DNA of 64,000 nucleotides from Plasmodiophora brassicae (Eukaryota): NCBI GenBank assembly GCA_036867785.1, contig CP145411.1, positions 62,001 to 126,000 of the forward strand, read 5' to 3'. Shown piece by piece: positions 1 to 10,762 of this stretch (position 1 is its first letter; each line of letters starts with the position of its first letter). The notes under the pieces were generated by a model. It saw only the letters and a program-made list of their open reading frames with translations, ran no database searches and was not told where the DNA came from. The position numbers and the translations under genes were made by a program.

Positions 1-1
1 C

Positions 2-1087
2 CTGGTGCTGGGCGGCCTGTCGGCGGGCGGGCGCATCGTCGAGGCCGTCGACCTGTTCGACACGGCCGTGTCGCGGGCGCTGCCCGTCGCCCGCCCCGAC
101 TTCATCGCCCTGCTGTCGGCGTGCGGGCGCACCGGCGCCGCCTGGGCCGTCCGCCGCCTGCACGACTACGTCGAGACGCAGAACCCGGCGTACCTCGACG
201 CGTCCGTCGCCGTCGCCTTCATCGCCGTCTACGACCGGGTCGGCGACGTCGACGGCGCCGAGCGCATCTTCCGGGCGCACAGCACGGCGCTGGGCGCGCC
301 CGACGCCGACGTGTTCGCCGCCCTGCTCCAGGCGCTGTTCGCGAACGGCATGGCGGCGCGGGCGCTTCGCGCGTTCGCCTGGCTGCTGCGCTCGGGCCTG
401 CCGGTGCCCGGCGCGATCGGCGCCGCGCTGCTCGTCCGGCTCGCCGACGGCGGCCGCCCCGGGGACGCGTTCGCCGTCCTGCTCGCCATGCGCCAGCGCC
501 ACGTGGGCGGCGTCGGCACGCGCCTGCTCCGCACGCTGGTCGGGGCGTGCGCGCGCGCCCCCGACGCCCTGGCCACGCTGCCGCACCTGGAGCAGTACGC
601 CGTCGACGCGCGCCTGCTGCCGGGGCGGCGCCTGGCGCCCGCGTTCGTCGCCGCCTACGGCCGATGCGGCGACATGGACGCCGCCGAGCGCGTGTTCCGG
701 GCGGCGGCGGCGGGTGATGACGCCGACGACGACGACGCCCGCCTGCTCTGCGCGATGATCGGCGCCTGCACGCGGAACGGCATGACGGGGCGGGCCGGCG
801 ACCTGGCCGAACGGCTGGCCGGGTCGGCGTCGGCGCTGACGCCGGCGGCGTACGCGTGCGTCGTGGCCGCCTGCGCCGATGCCGACCGCGTGCCGGCGGC
901 GATGCTGGCGTTCCAGGCGATGGCCCGTCGGCGCATGCACGTGGGCGCGTCGTTGCTGGCCGCGTTGGCGTCGGCGTGTGAGCGGTGCGGCGATCAGCGG
1001 GCGCTGCAGGTGCTGGCGGGGCACGCGGCAACGACGCTCCCACGTTCGCCGCCGCCAAACGACCCGGCCGTTGCTCAACGACGCTGA
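2..1087 (+). CDS. Pentatricopeptide repeat (PPR) protein, 5' end outside the window
   Basis: Recurrent ~35-aa helical units such as AFIAVYDRVGDVDGAERIF, AFVAAYGRCGDMDAAERVF and AMIGACTRNGMTGRA; frame is open from the window start. Confidence 0.85.
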   Translation: MVLGGLSAGGRIVEAVDLFDTAVSRALPVARPDFIALLSACGRTGAAWAVRRLHDYVETQNPAYLDASVAVAFIAVYDRVGDVDGAERIFRAHSTALGAPDADVFAALLQALFANGMAARALRAFAWLLRSGLPVPGAIGAALLVRLADGGRPGDAFAVLLAMRQRHVGGVGTRLLRTLVGACARAPDALATLPHLEQYAVDARLLPGRRLAPAFVAAYGRCGDMDAAERVFRAAAAGDDADDDDARLLCAMIGACTRNGMTGRAGDLAERLAGSASALTPAAYACVVAACADADRVPAAMLAFQAMARRRMHVGASLLAALASACERCGDQRALQVLAGHAATTLPRSPPPNDPAVAQRR

Positions 1088-1527
1088 CACGACCGGGCGA
1101 ACGGCCACGCGTCGCTGACGACCGCACGCGCTCCCGGGGTCGTCGTCGTCATCGGCTGTTCGGCGGTGCATGTCCGACGTGCACTCTCTGTCGGGCTGAA
1201 GCCATGACGGAGCGCGAGGCGAGCCTCGAGCAACAGACCGCTGTCACGTTGCCGCTGCTGGGGCGACGACTCTGTACTACAAGTCGCAGCAGGGTGCCTG
1301 TCTGTGTGTGTGTGTGTGCCTGTCGACTGTGTTGCCCAGGACGTACCATGGACGTGGGCGGCGCTCTGCTGGCGCATCGTTCTTGGGGAGCGCGACTCAG
1401 TCGGTGGGGCACCCCGCACCCGGCGTGTGCGTTTTGCAGCACTTTTGCCGCAGATTGTGCGGTGGGTGGGGCAGCCGCCGTGCCGAGTCCGAGTCCGTCA
1501 ACACCGCGGTTCGGTCGGTCGTCGAAC

Positions 1528-2384
1528 ATGTTTCGGGTGGTGCGCCGCGCCGGCCAGCAGCTGCAGCAGCAGCGCGCGTCGCTGTACACGCTCCCGAAGC
1601 TCCGTATGGAATCGCGCGCGATGGGGTCGGTGGATGGCGCTCTCTGATGATGGCCCACGGACGACGACAGCGTATGCGTACGACGCGCTGGAGCCGGTGA
1701 TCAGCAAGGAGATCATGGAGCTGCATCACATGAAGCATCACCAGACGTACGTCACCAACCTGAACAAGTTACTGGAGGGGGCCGACAACGACGACCTGCC
1801 GGCGTCGATCGCGAAGCAGGCCGGCGTCAAGTTCAATGGCGGCGGCCACATTAACCACTCGGTCTTCTGGACGAATCTGGCGCCGCCGAAGAAGGGCGGC
1901 GGCCAGGTGCCGACCTCCGGACCGCTGGTCGACCGCATCAAGGACACGTTCGGCGACGTCAAGGCATTCCAGGAGAAATTCAATGCCCAGACCGCCGCCA
2001 TCCAGGGATCCGGTTGGGGATGGCTCGCCTACAGTACGTGGGCGACCCGGCGGCGCTGTCGTCGTGCATTGTCATGCGTTGCCAATGATTGCGTTTCCAT
2101 TCAGGTCCACAGACCCGTGCGTTGAGCATCGTCACGACGCCGAACCAGGACCCGGTGGCGTCCCTTGGCCTGATCCCGTTGCTGGGTGTCGACGTCTGGG
2201 AGCATGGTACTCTCGATCGGGTTTGCCCCATGTCGGGATGCCCGCGTCTGACGTTCGCGCGCACCACACAGCCTATTACCTGCAGTACAAGAACGTGCGC
2301 CCCGACTACCTCAAGGCCATCTGGGGGGTCGTCAACTGGGACAACGTCGAGGAGCGGTTCAGCGACGCGGAATCGAAGCCGTAG
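1528..2384 (+). CDS. SOD2: Mn superoxide dismutase with mitochondrial-type presequence; 3 introns (1604-1670, ~2034-2104, ~2207-2271)
   Basis: Splicing gives [44 protein letters not shown] and [13 protein letters not shown]; Arg-rich N-terminus MFRVVRRAG. Confidence 0.95.
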
Positions 2385-2482
2385 AATCGCGAAGCGCTTG
2401 GGGGCGCCCGTCAATCATACAGCCATTCGCCTGTTCTCCAAATTGATATGTTTATGCGCCGACCTGATTAGTCGTTGCCCGA

Positions 2483-5400
2483 TCACGAGGTCCTGAAGTT
2501 GGACGTGTTGAATGAGAACGTCGGGTTCGATGCAGGGGCTTGAGCGCTGCCGAACGACGTGAACGACGACTGTTGCTGCTGCTGCTGCTGCTGCTGCTGG
2601 CCGGGCGCGCCGAACGGTGTCGACCCCGACGCCAGGCTTGCAAATGAGCTCGACGCTGAGCTGGATCCGAACGGGGCCGCCGTCGATCCCAGCGCGCTCC
2701 TCTGCCCGAACGCGGGCGTCGTCGCCGGCTGGGAACCAAACGACCCAAGGGCGCTGGCCTGCCCAAACGCAGGAGGCGCGCCGAGGGAACTGGGCTGCCC
2801 GAACGCAGGAGGCGCGCTGAGGGAACTGGGCTGCCCGAACACAGGGGCGCCCGTCGATCCCAGCGAGCTCGGTCGGCCGAACGCAGGCGCCGGTGACGCT
2901 GCCTGACCGAATGGGCTGCTGGTCGTTCCCGACGAACCGAACACGTTGGTCGGCTTCTGACCAAACACGCTAGATGACGCGCCGGGAGGCTTGGACGTGG
3001 CCGATGATCCGAATGCGGACGAGGGCGACGACAGCGACGCCGACAGGGCACTGGAGCCGCCGAACCCCTGCCCAAATGCAGGCGCCGCCGGCGCAAACAG
3101 GCCTGACGACGACGGCTGCGCAGACGATGCGGATGGCGTTGACGATGGCGGGAGAGCACCACCGAACGGGTTCGTGACAGGAGTTGTCGACGCAGACGCA
3201 CTGCATCCGAGGCCGAACGACGTCATTGAGAGCGACGACTGATCTGCCTGAGCGCGCCGGTCTGCCGGTGATGGTGCTGCTGCTGGTGGTGCTTGCGCCG
3301 CCTGCGAAGCAGCAAACGGCGACGCCGACGATACCGGAAACATGGGCGCTGAGGGCGTACCGGCTGCTGCGGATCCGAACGTCGTTGAAGGGCCTGGGGC
3401 GAACGGCGATGACGAGCTGATTGCGAATGAGGGCGCCGGCGACCCCGTCGACTGGGACAGGAACGATAACGTCGGGAGAGGACCCGTGACGGGCGACGTG
3501 GCTGGCTCCGTATCGATATCGATGTCGTCAATGGCCGCTCCCTCTCTCGCTTCATCCGCGACGAGTACTGGCGACGTGCTGGGTGAACGTGGGGCCAACG
3601 GCGGCGGTGCCTGTTCAGGTGGTGGTCGTGGTGATGGAGAGGGCAACGCAATCGGAGAAGGTGGCTGCCTTTCAGCGAGCGCGGACGCAACAGGAGGCGA
3701 TTCAGGAGGCGATAGCGTTCTGACGGTAGGCGACGGCTTCGCAGCGGGCGTTTCTTCATTGCCTGGACTCGTCTCGACAGGACGCGTTGCAACAGTTTCT
3801 TCGGCGGCCTCTTCCGCCCGGGTGCCAGCATTCGCTGTTGTGGGCGCCAGCGCTTTCCCTTCAGGCGGCGGCGCCATACGTGTAGGCGTTTCCTCGGTGG
3901 ACGTGGTCGGCGGAGGCGACGACGGCAGAGACAATGGGCTGACAGGTGCCAGACACGGCCCGGAAACAGGCGTCCGGGCGACCGCTTCCACGGCCGGCTT
4001 GGCAGGTGACTTGGGCGGCGACTTGGTGTACGAAGCAGGCGACGGCGGCAACGGGCTCGTTGCTTCGGGGGCCGCTGGTGCAGACGGGGCAACAGGTCTT
4101 GGCGGGGACTTAGCACGTGCGCCAAACAGAGGGACAGCCGAAGCACCGCCAGGGGGTGCTGTCGAAGCAGGTTGGAGGGAGGAGCCGACGCTGAACGAAG
4201 AGCGGCCGGATGTCGAGGCAGTTTGAGGAGAGGACCCGAAGCTGAAAGGAGCTGGTGTTGTGCCAGATGTAGAGGGCGACACGCCAACAGGCTGGGAGAA
4301 TGCTGCTGGCAACTTGGCCTGGAATTGGAACATGGTTCCTCCAACGTCGGACGAGGCCGCCACCGGCGAAACACCGGGTTTCGATGTCGTCGCTGGCCCC
4401 TGTGGACGGAACGCTGCCTCCCCCGACCCTGCCGGGAAACTAAACGGCTTCGAACCTGATTCCCCAAACAGTGCAGGTTGGGCCTTGGCTGACGGGGCCG
4501 ACGGCTTCGTTGTCGCCGCAGACGTCTGCTCCTGGAGCGGAGACGGCGTCGCGGTCGTCTCCTGACCCGCCGCACTCGAGGCGATCGGCGCTGATGATTT
4601 CTGGAACGTGGATGTGACGGACGGAGCTGGCGGCCGTGATGGAGACGGGAACGAAGGAGGCGCCTCAGCGAAAATTGATGCAATGGCCGACGCGTCGGCG
4701 TCTGACGGCGCGATATCGACCGTGGTTGACGTGGGAACTCGTAGTGGCGGAAGCGTCACGCGTGGTCGTACGGGAGATGGCTCGAGTGCCTCAGCGGCTG
4801 GCGCGGACAGGTCGTCGACAGCAGGGAAGCTGAAATCGATCGGTACTTCCCACACATCGCCGTCGATGCCGAATGACCGCGACCGCATAGCGTTGCGACA
4901 TCGGTCTCGCAGACCGGCAAGGTCAATAGGGAATGGTCGTTGAGCAACGGTGCCAGACTGCGATTCCCGTTCGACGACCGCCAGTGATCGCGACGCGCGA
5001 CTAGCTGTGCGAAGACGGGCGATGCGGTGTTCCAGCGCCGCCAAATCCGACGATATCGAATTGATGCGATCGGCGTTACTGTTGATCGTCGAGTAAATCA
5101 GCTGGAGCGGGCGCGTCGACGTCTGGAGGCGCATGTCGTCCAAGCGTACGCGAAGTTCATCGACGAGGTCGGTGGCCTCCTGGACCCTGGCTCTCAGGCG
5201 GTCACGCATGGCAGCACTCTTGGCGTCGAGCGGCATCGATCGAAGCTCAACAGCATACTTCTCGCGAGCATCGTGCTCCGTGCGCGCTCGTTGCAGGACA
5301 TCCCAGCAATCGGAGAGCGTATCGCGAAGCCTGGCGACCTGGCCGACTAAGGCGACCGAATCAGAGGTCAGCAGGTCGTCGAGCTCGTCGCCGCCGATTG

Positions 5401-6955
5401 ACGTTCCGCTCACAACGTCATCCGAGTTACCGATCAGGGATGCCTGCGATGCACTGGCGGCAAGCGATTCCATTTGTTCGGACAGGACACGAAGACCTTT
5501 GACGAACGCTCGCCCAATGTCGGTCGCAGGGTCGGCTCCCGTAAAGTCCACCTTGAGTCGTGGAAGCTCTTCACGTACCGTTGCCGCCGACGCGGAGGTG
5601 ATAACGACGTGCGACGGGATTGAAGACGAATTAGCAGGTGGCAATGCGCCATTGAAACGGTGACGCAAGACGTCATCGTCCTCCTCGAACTCGGATTCGA
5701 ATTCAGACTCGTGGTCGGATGCATCAGTAGTAGCCAGGGTCGCCCCGTCGGCATCGTGCGGCCGGAACCGTTCGGCGTCAACGATCTCGTAGCGCGGTAC
5801 ACCGCACGTGAGTTCCGGATAGTCCAAGGCTTTGGGTGGGACGCTCTCCACGAAGACCGCGTCGAGGCATCCGTCCGATGCAAGAATGACCAGCGCGGGC
5901 CGGGGCGGCGTACGCGACTTGTCGCCCTGGGCATTGCTAAAGTCGATGGCCTGGCCTAGGAGTTGACCAGCAGCGCCGTCGCTGATGCATTCGAAAAGGA
6001 CCGGTTCCCCAGTATCCGGGTCGGTCGCTTCGACAAGGCGACCGGCGTCAGCGCCCCGGTCAATACGAAACGCAGCAATTTCGGTGGACGACGATGTCGC
6101 CAGGAAGACAGCGTCCCAGTCGGCAATTGCAGAGCATCGCACAAGACAATTGTCGTCCGGCGGTGTAAACCACGCATCGATCGCTGTGGGCTGGCAGCGG
6201 AACAGGTCGTCGTTGCTGTGCAGCATCTGCAGGCCCGCATACGCCTTGCTGGCGAACAGAATCGTATGCGGGTCAATGGCGGAAACGAACTCGACTGGGC
6301 CGCTGCAGACCTTTGGCCAGCGGTGCTGCTCGGAGCCGTTGACGCTGGAGACAATGGCAAGCGACCCGTCGGCCAGACCGCAGGCCAGTGAGAGCCGGTC
6401 CCAGAGCCACGAGCACGATACGGCGTTGACAGAGTACCGACGTTGGGAGCTCGGATCGCCGACGATGACGGACCCGTTGGAAAGGACGGTGGCAAACAAT
6501 CGGGACTGGGCAGGGCTCCAAGCGAAATCAACGATGCGCTCACTGAAGTCGCGCTTGACGACCGGCGACCTGCCAGTGAGGTCGATAAAGAACACGGCAG
6601 AATTCGAGCAAATTGCAGCGAGCTGCCCGTCAAGCGACACCTCAACGTGCCAGATCTCGACATCATCCCTGCCCAGCGCAACGACAAGCCGACCGACCTT
6701 GCCGTCTAGCAGGTCTTGGAATTGCGATGCCGCGCCAAACGATTCGAGCACGTCGACGGTCCGCGAGTCATCCCTGGCACCCGCTAGCAAATCGACCACG
6801 CGGATCAGGACAACCCGCCCGGCGGCCGGCGAGATCGCAACAGCGACGCCAAGCGTCTGCGAGACGGCGACGCCCGACTTGACGGGCCGCCGCTGGTGCA
6901 CGTCGGCGAACGCGCCGCCCAGCTGCGTCCGAGCGCCTCGCGCCGTGCGCAGCAT
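2483..6955 (-). CDS. NUP214: FG-repeat nucleoporin, Nup214/Nup159-like
   Basis: N-terminal beta-propeller-like region, central coiled coil, Pro/Ser/Thr-rich linker and C-terminal PAFG/SxFG repeats; start ATG 6955 inferred. Confidence 0.75.
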   Translation of the reverse strand: MLRTARGARTQLGGAFADVHQRRPVKSGVAVSQTLGVAVAISPAAGRVVLIRVVDLLAGARDDSRTVDVLESFGAASQFQDLLDGKVGRLVVALGRDDVEIWHVEVSLDGQLAAICSNSAVFFIDLTGRSPVVKRDFSERIVDFAWSPAQSRLFATVLSNGSVIVGDPSSQRRYSVNAVSCSWLWDRLSLACGLADGSLAIVSSVNGSEQHRWPKVCSGPVEFVSAIDPHTILFASKAYAGLQMLHSNDDLFRCQPTAIDAWFTPPDDNCLVRCSAIADWDAVFLATSSSTEIAAFRIDRGADAGRLVEATDPDTGEPVLFECISDGAAGQLLGQAIDFSNAQGDKSRTPPRPALVILASDGCLDAVFVESVPPKALDYPELTCGVPRYEIVDAERFRPHDADGATLATTDASDHESEFESEFEEDDDVLRHRFNGALPPANSSSIPSHVVITSASAATVREELPRLKVDFTGADPATDIGRAFVKGLRVLSEQMESLAASASQASLIGNSDDVVSGTSIGGDELDDLLTSDSVALVGQVARLRDTLSDCWDVLQRARTEHDAREKYAVELRSMPLDAKSAAMRDRLRARVQEATDLVDELRVRLDDMRLQTSTRPLQLIYSTINSNADRINSISSDLAALEHRIARLRTASRASRSLAVVERESQSGTVAQRPFPIDLAGLRDRCRNAMRSRSFGIDGDVWEVPIDFSFPAVDDLSAPAAEALEPSPVRPRVTLPPLRVPTSTTVDIAPSDADASAIASIFAEAPPSFPSPSRPPAPSVTSTFQKSSAPIASSAAGQETTATPSPLQEQTSAATTKPSAPSAKAQPALFGESGSKPFSFPAGSGEAAFRPQGPATTSKPGVSPVAASSDVGGTMFQFQAKLPAAFSQPVGVSPSTSGTTPAPFSFGSSPQTASTSGRSSFSVGSSLQPASTAPPGGASAVPLFGARAKSPPRPVAPSAPAAPEATSPLPPSPASYTKSPPKSPAKPAVEAVARTPVSGPCLAPVSPLSLPSSPPPTTSTEETPTRMAPPPEGKALAPTTANAGTRAEEAAEETVATRPVETSPGNEETPAAKPSPTVRTLSPPESPPVASALAERQPPSPIALPSPSPRPPPEQAPPPLAPRSPSTSPVLVADEAREGAAIDDIDIDTEPATSPVTGPLPTLSFLSQSTGSPAPSFAISSSSPFAPGPSTTFGSAAAGTPSAPMFPVSSASPFAASQAAQAPPAAAPSPADRRAQADQSSLSMTSFGLGCSASASTTPVTNPFGGALPPSSTPSASSAQPSSSGLFAPAAPAFGQGFGGSSALSASLSSPSSAFGSSATSKPPGASSSVFGQKPTNVFGSSGTTSSPFGQAASPAPAFGRPSSLGSTGAPVFGQPSSLSAPPAFGQPSSLGAPPAFGQASALGSFGSQPATTPAFGQRSALGSTAAPFGSSSASSSFASLASGSTPFGAPGQQQQQQQQQQSSFTSFGSAQAPASNPTFSFNTSNFRTS
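2690..2890 (-). repeat. Tandem coding repeats PAFGQPSSLGAP/PAFGRPSSLGST inside the nucleoporin
   Basis: Near-identical 33-39 nt units, e.g. gggaactgggctgcccgaac twice and gtcgatcccagcg twice. Confidence 0.85.
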
Positions 6956-7362
6956 GACCGCGCCGCACGCCGACTGCCGAGCAGTCTGTCTGGGCGCCAA
7001 AACAACGCCGCGCCGCAGTTCACTCGTACCAGTTTGATTGTTCCGATCCCGCGGTGCGTGCAGCTGCACGGCGTACCCGTCGGGACCCGTCAGGTCATCC
7101 GGACTTGGGGGGCGGGACGCCGCGCGTGTGCAGTCAACCGATGTTCGTTTGGTAACACCATTCCGCGCTGGCGCCCCCGTGCTGCAGTGGGCCTGCGGCC
7201 CGTGGCCCGGGGGCGCTGCCCGGGATCGTATTTTTGCCGTGTAAAGTGGCGGCGCAGACGCGGCTTATGACTTGAGGAGGTGGCGCCCCACGTGGACGGG
7301 TGCTTGGCTCGAGTGCGCAGGACGTCGTCGTCGTCGTCGTCGTCGGGGGGCAGGGTGCGACC

Positions 7363-8849
7363 ATGCCGATCGACGAGCGCGTCGTCGGCGAGCCCGCCTA
7401 TGTCGACCTGGTCGGCCCGGCCGTCAAGTGCCTGCCGGACAACTGCGTCCTGCAGGCCGGCGCCGTCCAGAGCATCGTCGCCCTGATCGGCCAGTTCGGG
7501 ACGCTGACCGCCCGGGCGCACGACATGTTCGAATCGCTGCTGACGGATTCCTCCGCCATGCTCGACCGCCTGGCGCAACTCTCCACAAAGGTATTGTGGT
7601 CGCGTTGGCGCGTGTGGACCCCACTCCTAACCGTGCATCGCCAGGTCGCCGCCCTCCAGTCCAAACTGGATTCCACCTCCGACACCGACCTGGCCCGCCT
7701 GAAGTTGCTGACCAATTCGGAAAGTTCGTCGCTGGCGCATGGCTCGGTGTTGGGCGCTGATCACTGATTCGTCGGATCCCAGGTGATCTTGCAGGGCGCC
7801 CGGGACTGAATTTCATGTTCATGCCGGACTCGTTGCCGTCGGCGCTGAGGACCCGTTTGGAGCAGCGTGCATCGCCGATGCCGGCGTTCTCGGCGCTTGA
7901 TGAATACGACGAACCGCAGCACAACTGCGCTGCCAAGTACTCGCACCCGACGTTCTTCATCGAGCAATGGGTCATCAGCGAACGCCAACGCCAGAAACAG
8001 CTGGAGGAGCAGCGCCTGAAGAAGCGCGAGGAACGACGCGCCAGGCGCAAGCTGGATCGGACGCGCCAGACCGATGGCACCGGGCGCATTGCAGTGACGG
8101 CCGTCAAGAAGAAGCAGTACAACGTCCATGGGCAAGAGTTCGCCGGCACCGACGTCGCCGTTGCCCAGGCGGAGCGGCTTCCTGCGCCGTCGCCGATCGC
8201 AACGAAAACGCAGCCCGAAGTGCCATTCGTGGACATGGACAGCAGGTCGAGCCGGCACTCGCTGGCTAGCGAGGAAGCGGGGACCGTCGAAGAGGACATG
8301 TCACGCCGGTCGTCAGCAATGCAGGCCGTGTCGCAGCCGCCGCCAATACCACCACCGCTACCTCCGCCGTTGCCGACGACGGTATCCAGCCAGATGCCGC
8401 CACCACCGCCCCTGCCACCTCCGCTACCCGCTTTCGACAGGCAAGCCTCGGTGGGGTCCGATCGCGGCCAGGAGCCGGAGCCAATGCCGTCCGGGTCCTA
8501 CGATCACGTCGCGCCACCGACGCCGCCACCACCGCCGCAGGCAGATCCTCGTGCAGCGTTACTTGCTGGGATCCAGCGCGGCACCGTCCTGAAGAGCGTT
8601 GGGTCGGTGCCATCCACGCCGCCGCCGCCGCCCCAGGTAAGCGATCGCGACAATCTGCTGGCGCAGATTCGCCAGGGCGGCGGCAAGGTGCTCAAGGCCA
8701 CGCCGAAGCCGGCCAAGGCGACGCCCAAGTCGGACGACGCGTATTCGGAGATCAAGGCGCTCCTGGATAGGCGACAGTTCCTTGCCCCAGTCGACAGCGA
8801 TGGCGATGACGCCGACGACGGGTACGACAGCGACGACTGGAAGGAGTAA
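7363..8849 (+). CDS. SCAR: SCAR/WAVE-family Arp2/3 activator; introns 7591-7644 and one near 7720-7790
   Basis: SHD-like IVALIGQFGTLTARAHDMFESL and KYSHPTFFIEQW, basic KKREERRARRK, polyproline, WH2 motifs PRAALLAGIQRGTVLKSV and DRDNLLAQIRQGGGKVLKAT, central helix, acidic end DDGYDSDDWKE. Confidence 0.85.
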
Positions 8850-9199
8850 TCCACCCTGCTGTCCCTCCAGTAAACATACAAGTATAGATCTGTGTGCAGG
8901 AGCGCGACCTTCACGTATCGCTGAAACGTGAGGACCGCGCGCCCATGCATATCTATTGTATGCATCGAGTGGCATGATCTGGTAGGCACCTGCTGCCGGA
9001 AGGTGTTGGTGCCGTTGGCGGATGCCCTACGCGGCGTCCATGCGACGTCGGTGACGTTTCCTTCATCGGGCAACGGAGAACCGCTCCAAGGTCAGTCGAG
9101 GTAGGTATTCCCCCAGCAGCGCCGTCATCTTGTCAAGTCTGGCAACACGATGTAATGGTTCGATCGTCCTCGGGTACCGCCCGTCGTCCCACGTCCCCA

Positions 9200-10762
9200 A
9201 TGAAGAATCTGGGCAATTGCCGGGCATGCTGCACTGGCTGGCTGATGGCCATCCTGCCGTTAGTGGTCTGGCTACACGGCAACGCTCACGGGACGATGAC
9301 GTTTCCGTCAGCGAGTACTGGGCCGCTTCACGGTGCGTCGATCTATTCCCCAACGGGGTCGTCGTTCGTTGGCCCGCAGCCCGAGGACGGCATCGCGCCG
9401 ATCACCGGACGGATGCTGGTCATTGATGGCGATTTATGCAAACCGTTCCCTGCATTGAACGCCACCGGGATGGTTGTCCTGGCGACTGTCGACGCGTTCT
9501 ACGCCGTCTATTGCTCCATAGAGGCGGCATACCTCAACATGGTCGAAACCGGCGCCGTCGCCTACATATGTAAGAGCGTTTGCGTCGGAGCACATTGATT
9601 TCTAAAGGAGATGCGGGCGCTGACCACCAGTGTATCCATAGGGCCGGCCCTTGTGCAGACGCCTAGTGTCTCCATCTACTGGCATGATGGATCGTTCGGC
9701 GTTCATACGCGCCACCTCAAGATGCCGTTCCTTGCAATCCTCCCCGCTCCAGACGTCTACCAGTCAATGATCGATGCGGCATCATTTACAGTGAACGTCA
9801 CCGTGTACCCAGATAGCAACGTCTGGGTCCCGTTTCTGGCGTCGTGGCCCTATCAGCTGCTCATCCGGGTCATCCCCAGCTGCATACTGCTGGCGTCCGG
9901 TGCCTTCGCCGCCGTATTCTTCGTTCAGCACATGGCCATTCTCGGTGACAGGTATGACGATAGCACCACCGGTGCCACGCGTTCGACCCGCCGGCGCCTG
10001 CGATTCGTGTTCAGCAACTTCGATCATCAGCACCTGGTCCTGTTCATCGAGATGACGTCAGCGACCCTGGCCGGTCTTGTACTTGCCGTTGGCGGGTACC
10101 ACAGCACAGCGCATCTGCCGGCGCCCGTCACCAACTATTTCACGTCGTTGCTGGGCGGGTGGGGGTTCGCCGCCTCCGTCCTGTCCGCCCTGGTCTGGGC
10201 CCGCAAGCTCAGCTTCATCATGCCCTCCGCAGACGAGTTCCTTATCTTGAGGGTCGTACGTGGCGACCATCGGATGGCAACCGCGTCGCTCTGCGTCTTA
10301 CCGGTCCTACTGGATGCGGCGCTGAACACGATGTTCGCCTCATATTACTTTGAACGTGCTGTGGAGACCGCCGGGTCCACGATCCTGTTCTCGTTTCAGC
10401 TGGGGATTAGTTCATCGGTGCTGTGGATTCTGGTTTGGTACTATCGTGCCGCGAACCGAATCCAGGACGGGATCGTTGCAACGGTCCGAAGTGACGAACG
10501 CAGCGTCGATCGTCTGCTGAGACGCCTCACCCACTGCGTGCTGGGCATGTCCATATCCACGCTCATGTTCTGTCTCGGCACCGCCATCTTGGGCATCGCT
10601 CCCGAATTCGCACTGCAGCCGTCGTGGGGCTGGATCATGTCGTGGGCGACGGCGTTCACTGGCCGCGCGCTCGACAGTGCCTTTCGCGTCGCCATGTTTA
10701 AACCCAGGCGTGTCCAGCAGCACAAGTCGGCCGGCTGGCGAGTCGCGCCCGACACGCAATAA
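9200..10762 (+). CDS. Signal peptide + PA (protease-associated) domain + 7TM membrane protein, copy A (intact); intron 9570-9641
   Basis: GT-AG splice joins ORFs 9155 and 9611 in frame; PA-like GRMLVIDGDLCKP..GMVVLA..CSIEAAYLNMVETGAVAYI..LKMPFLAI; seven hydrophobic segments follow. Confidence 0.8.
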
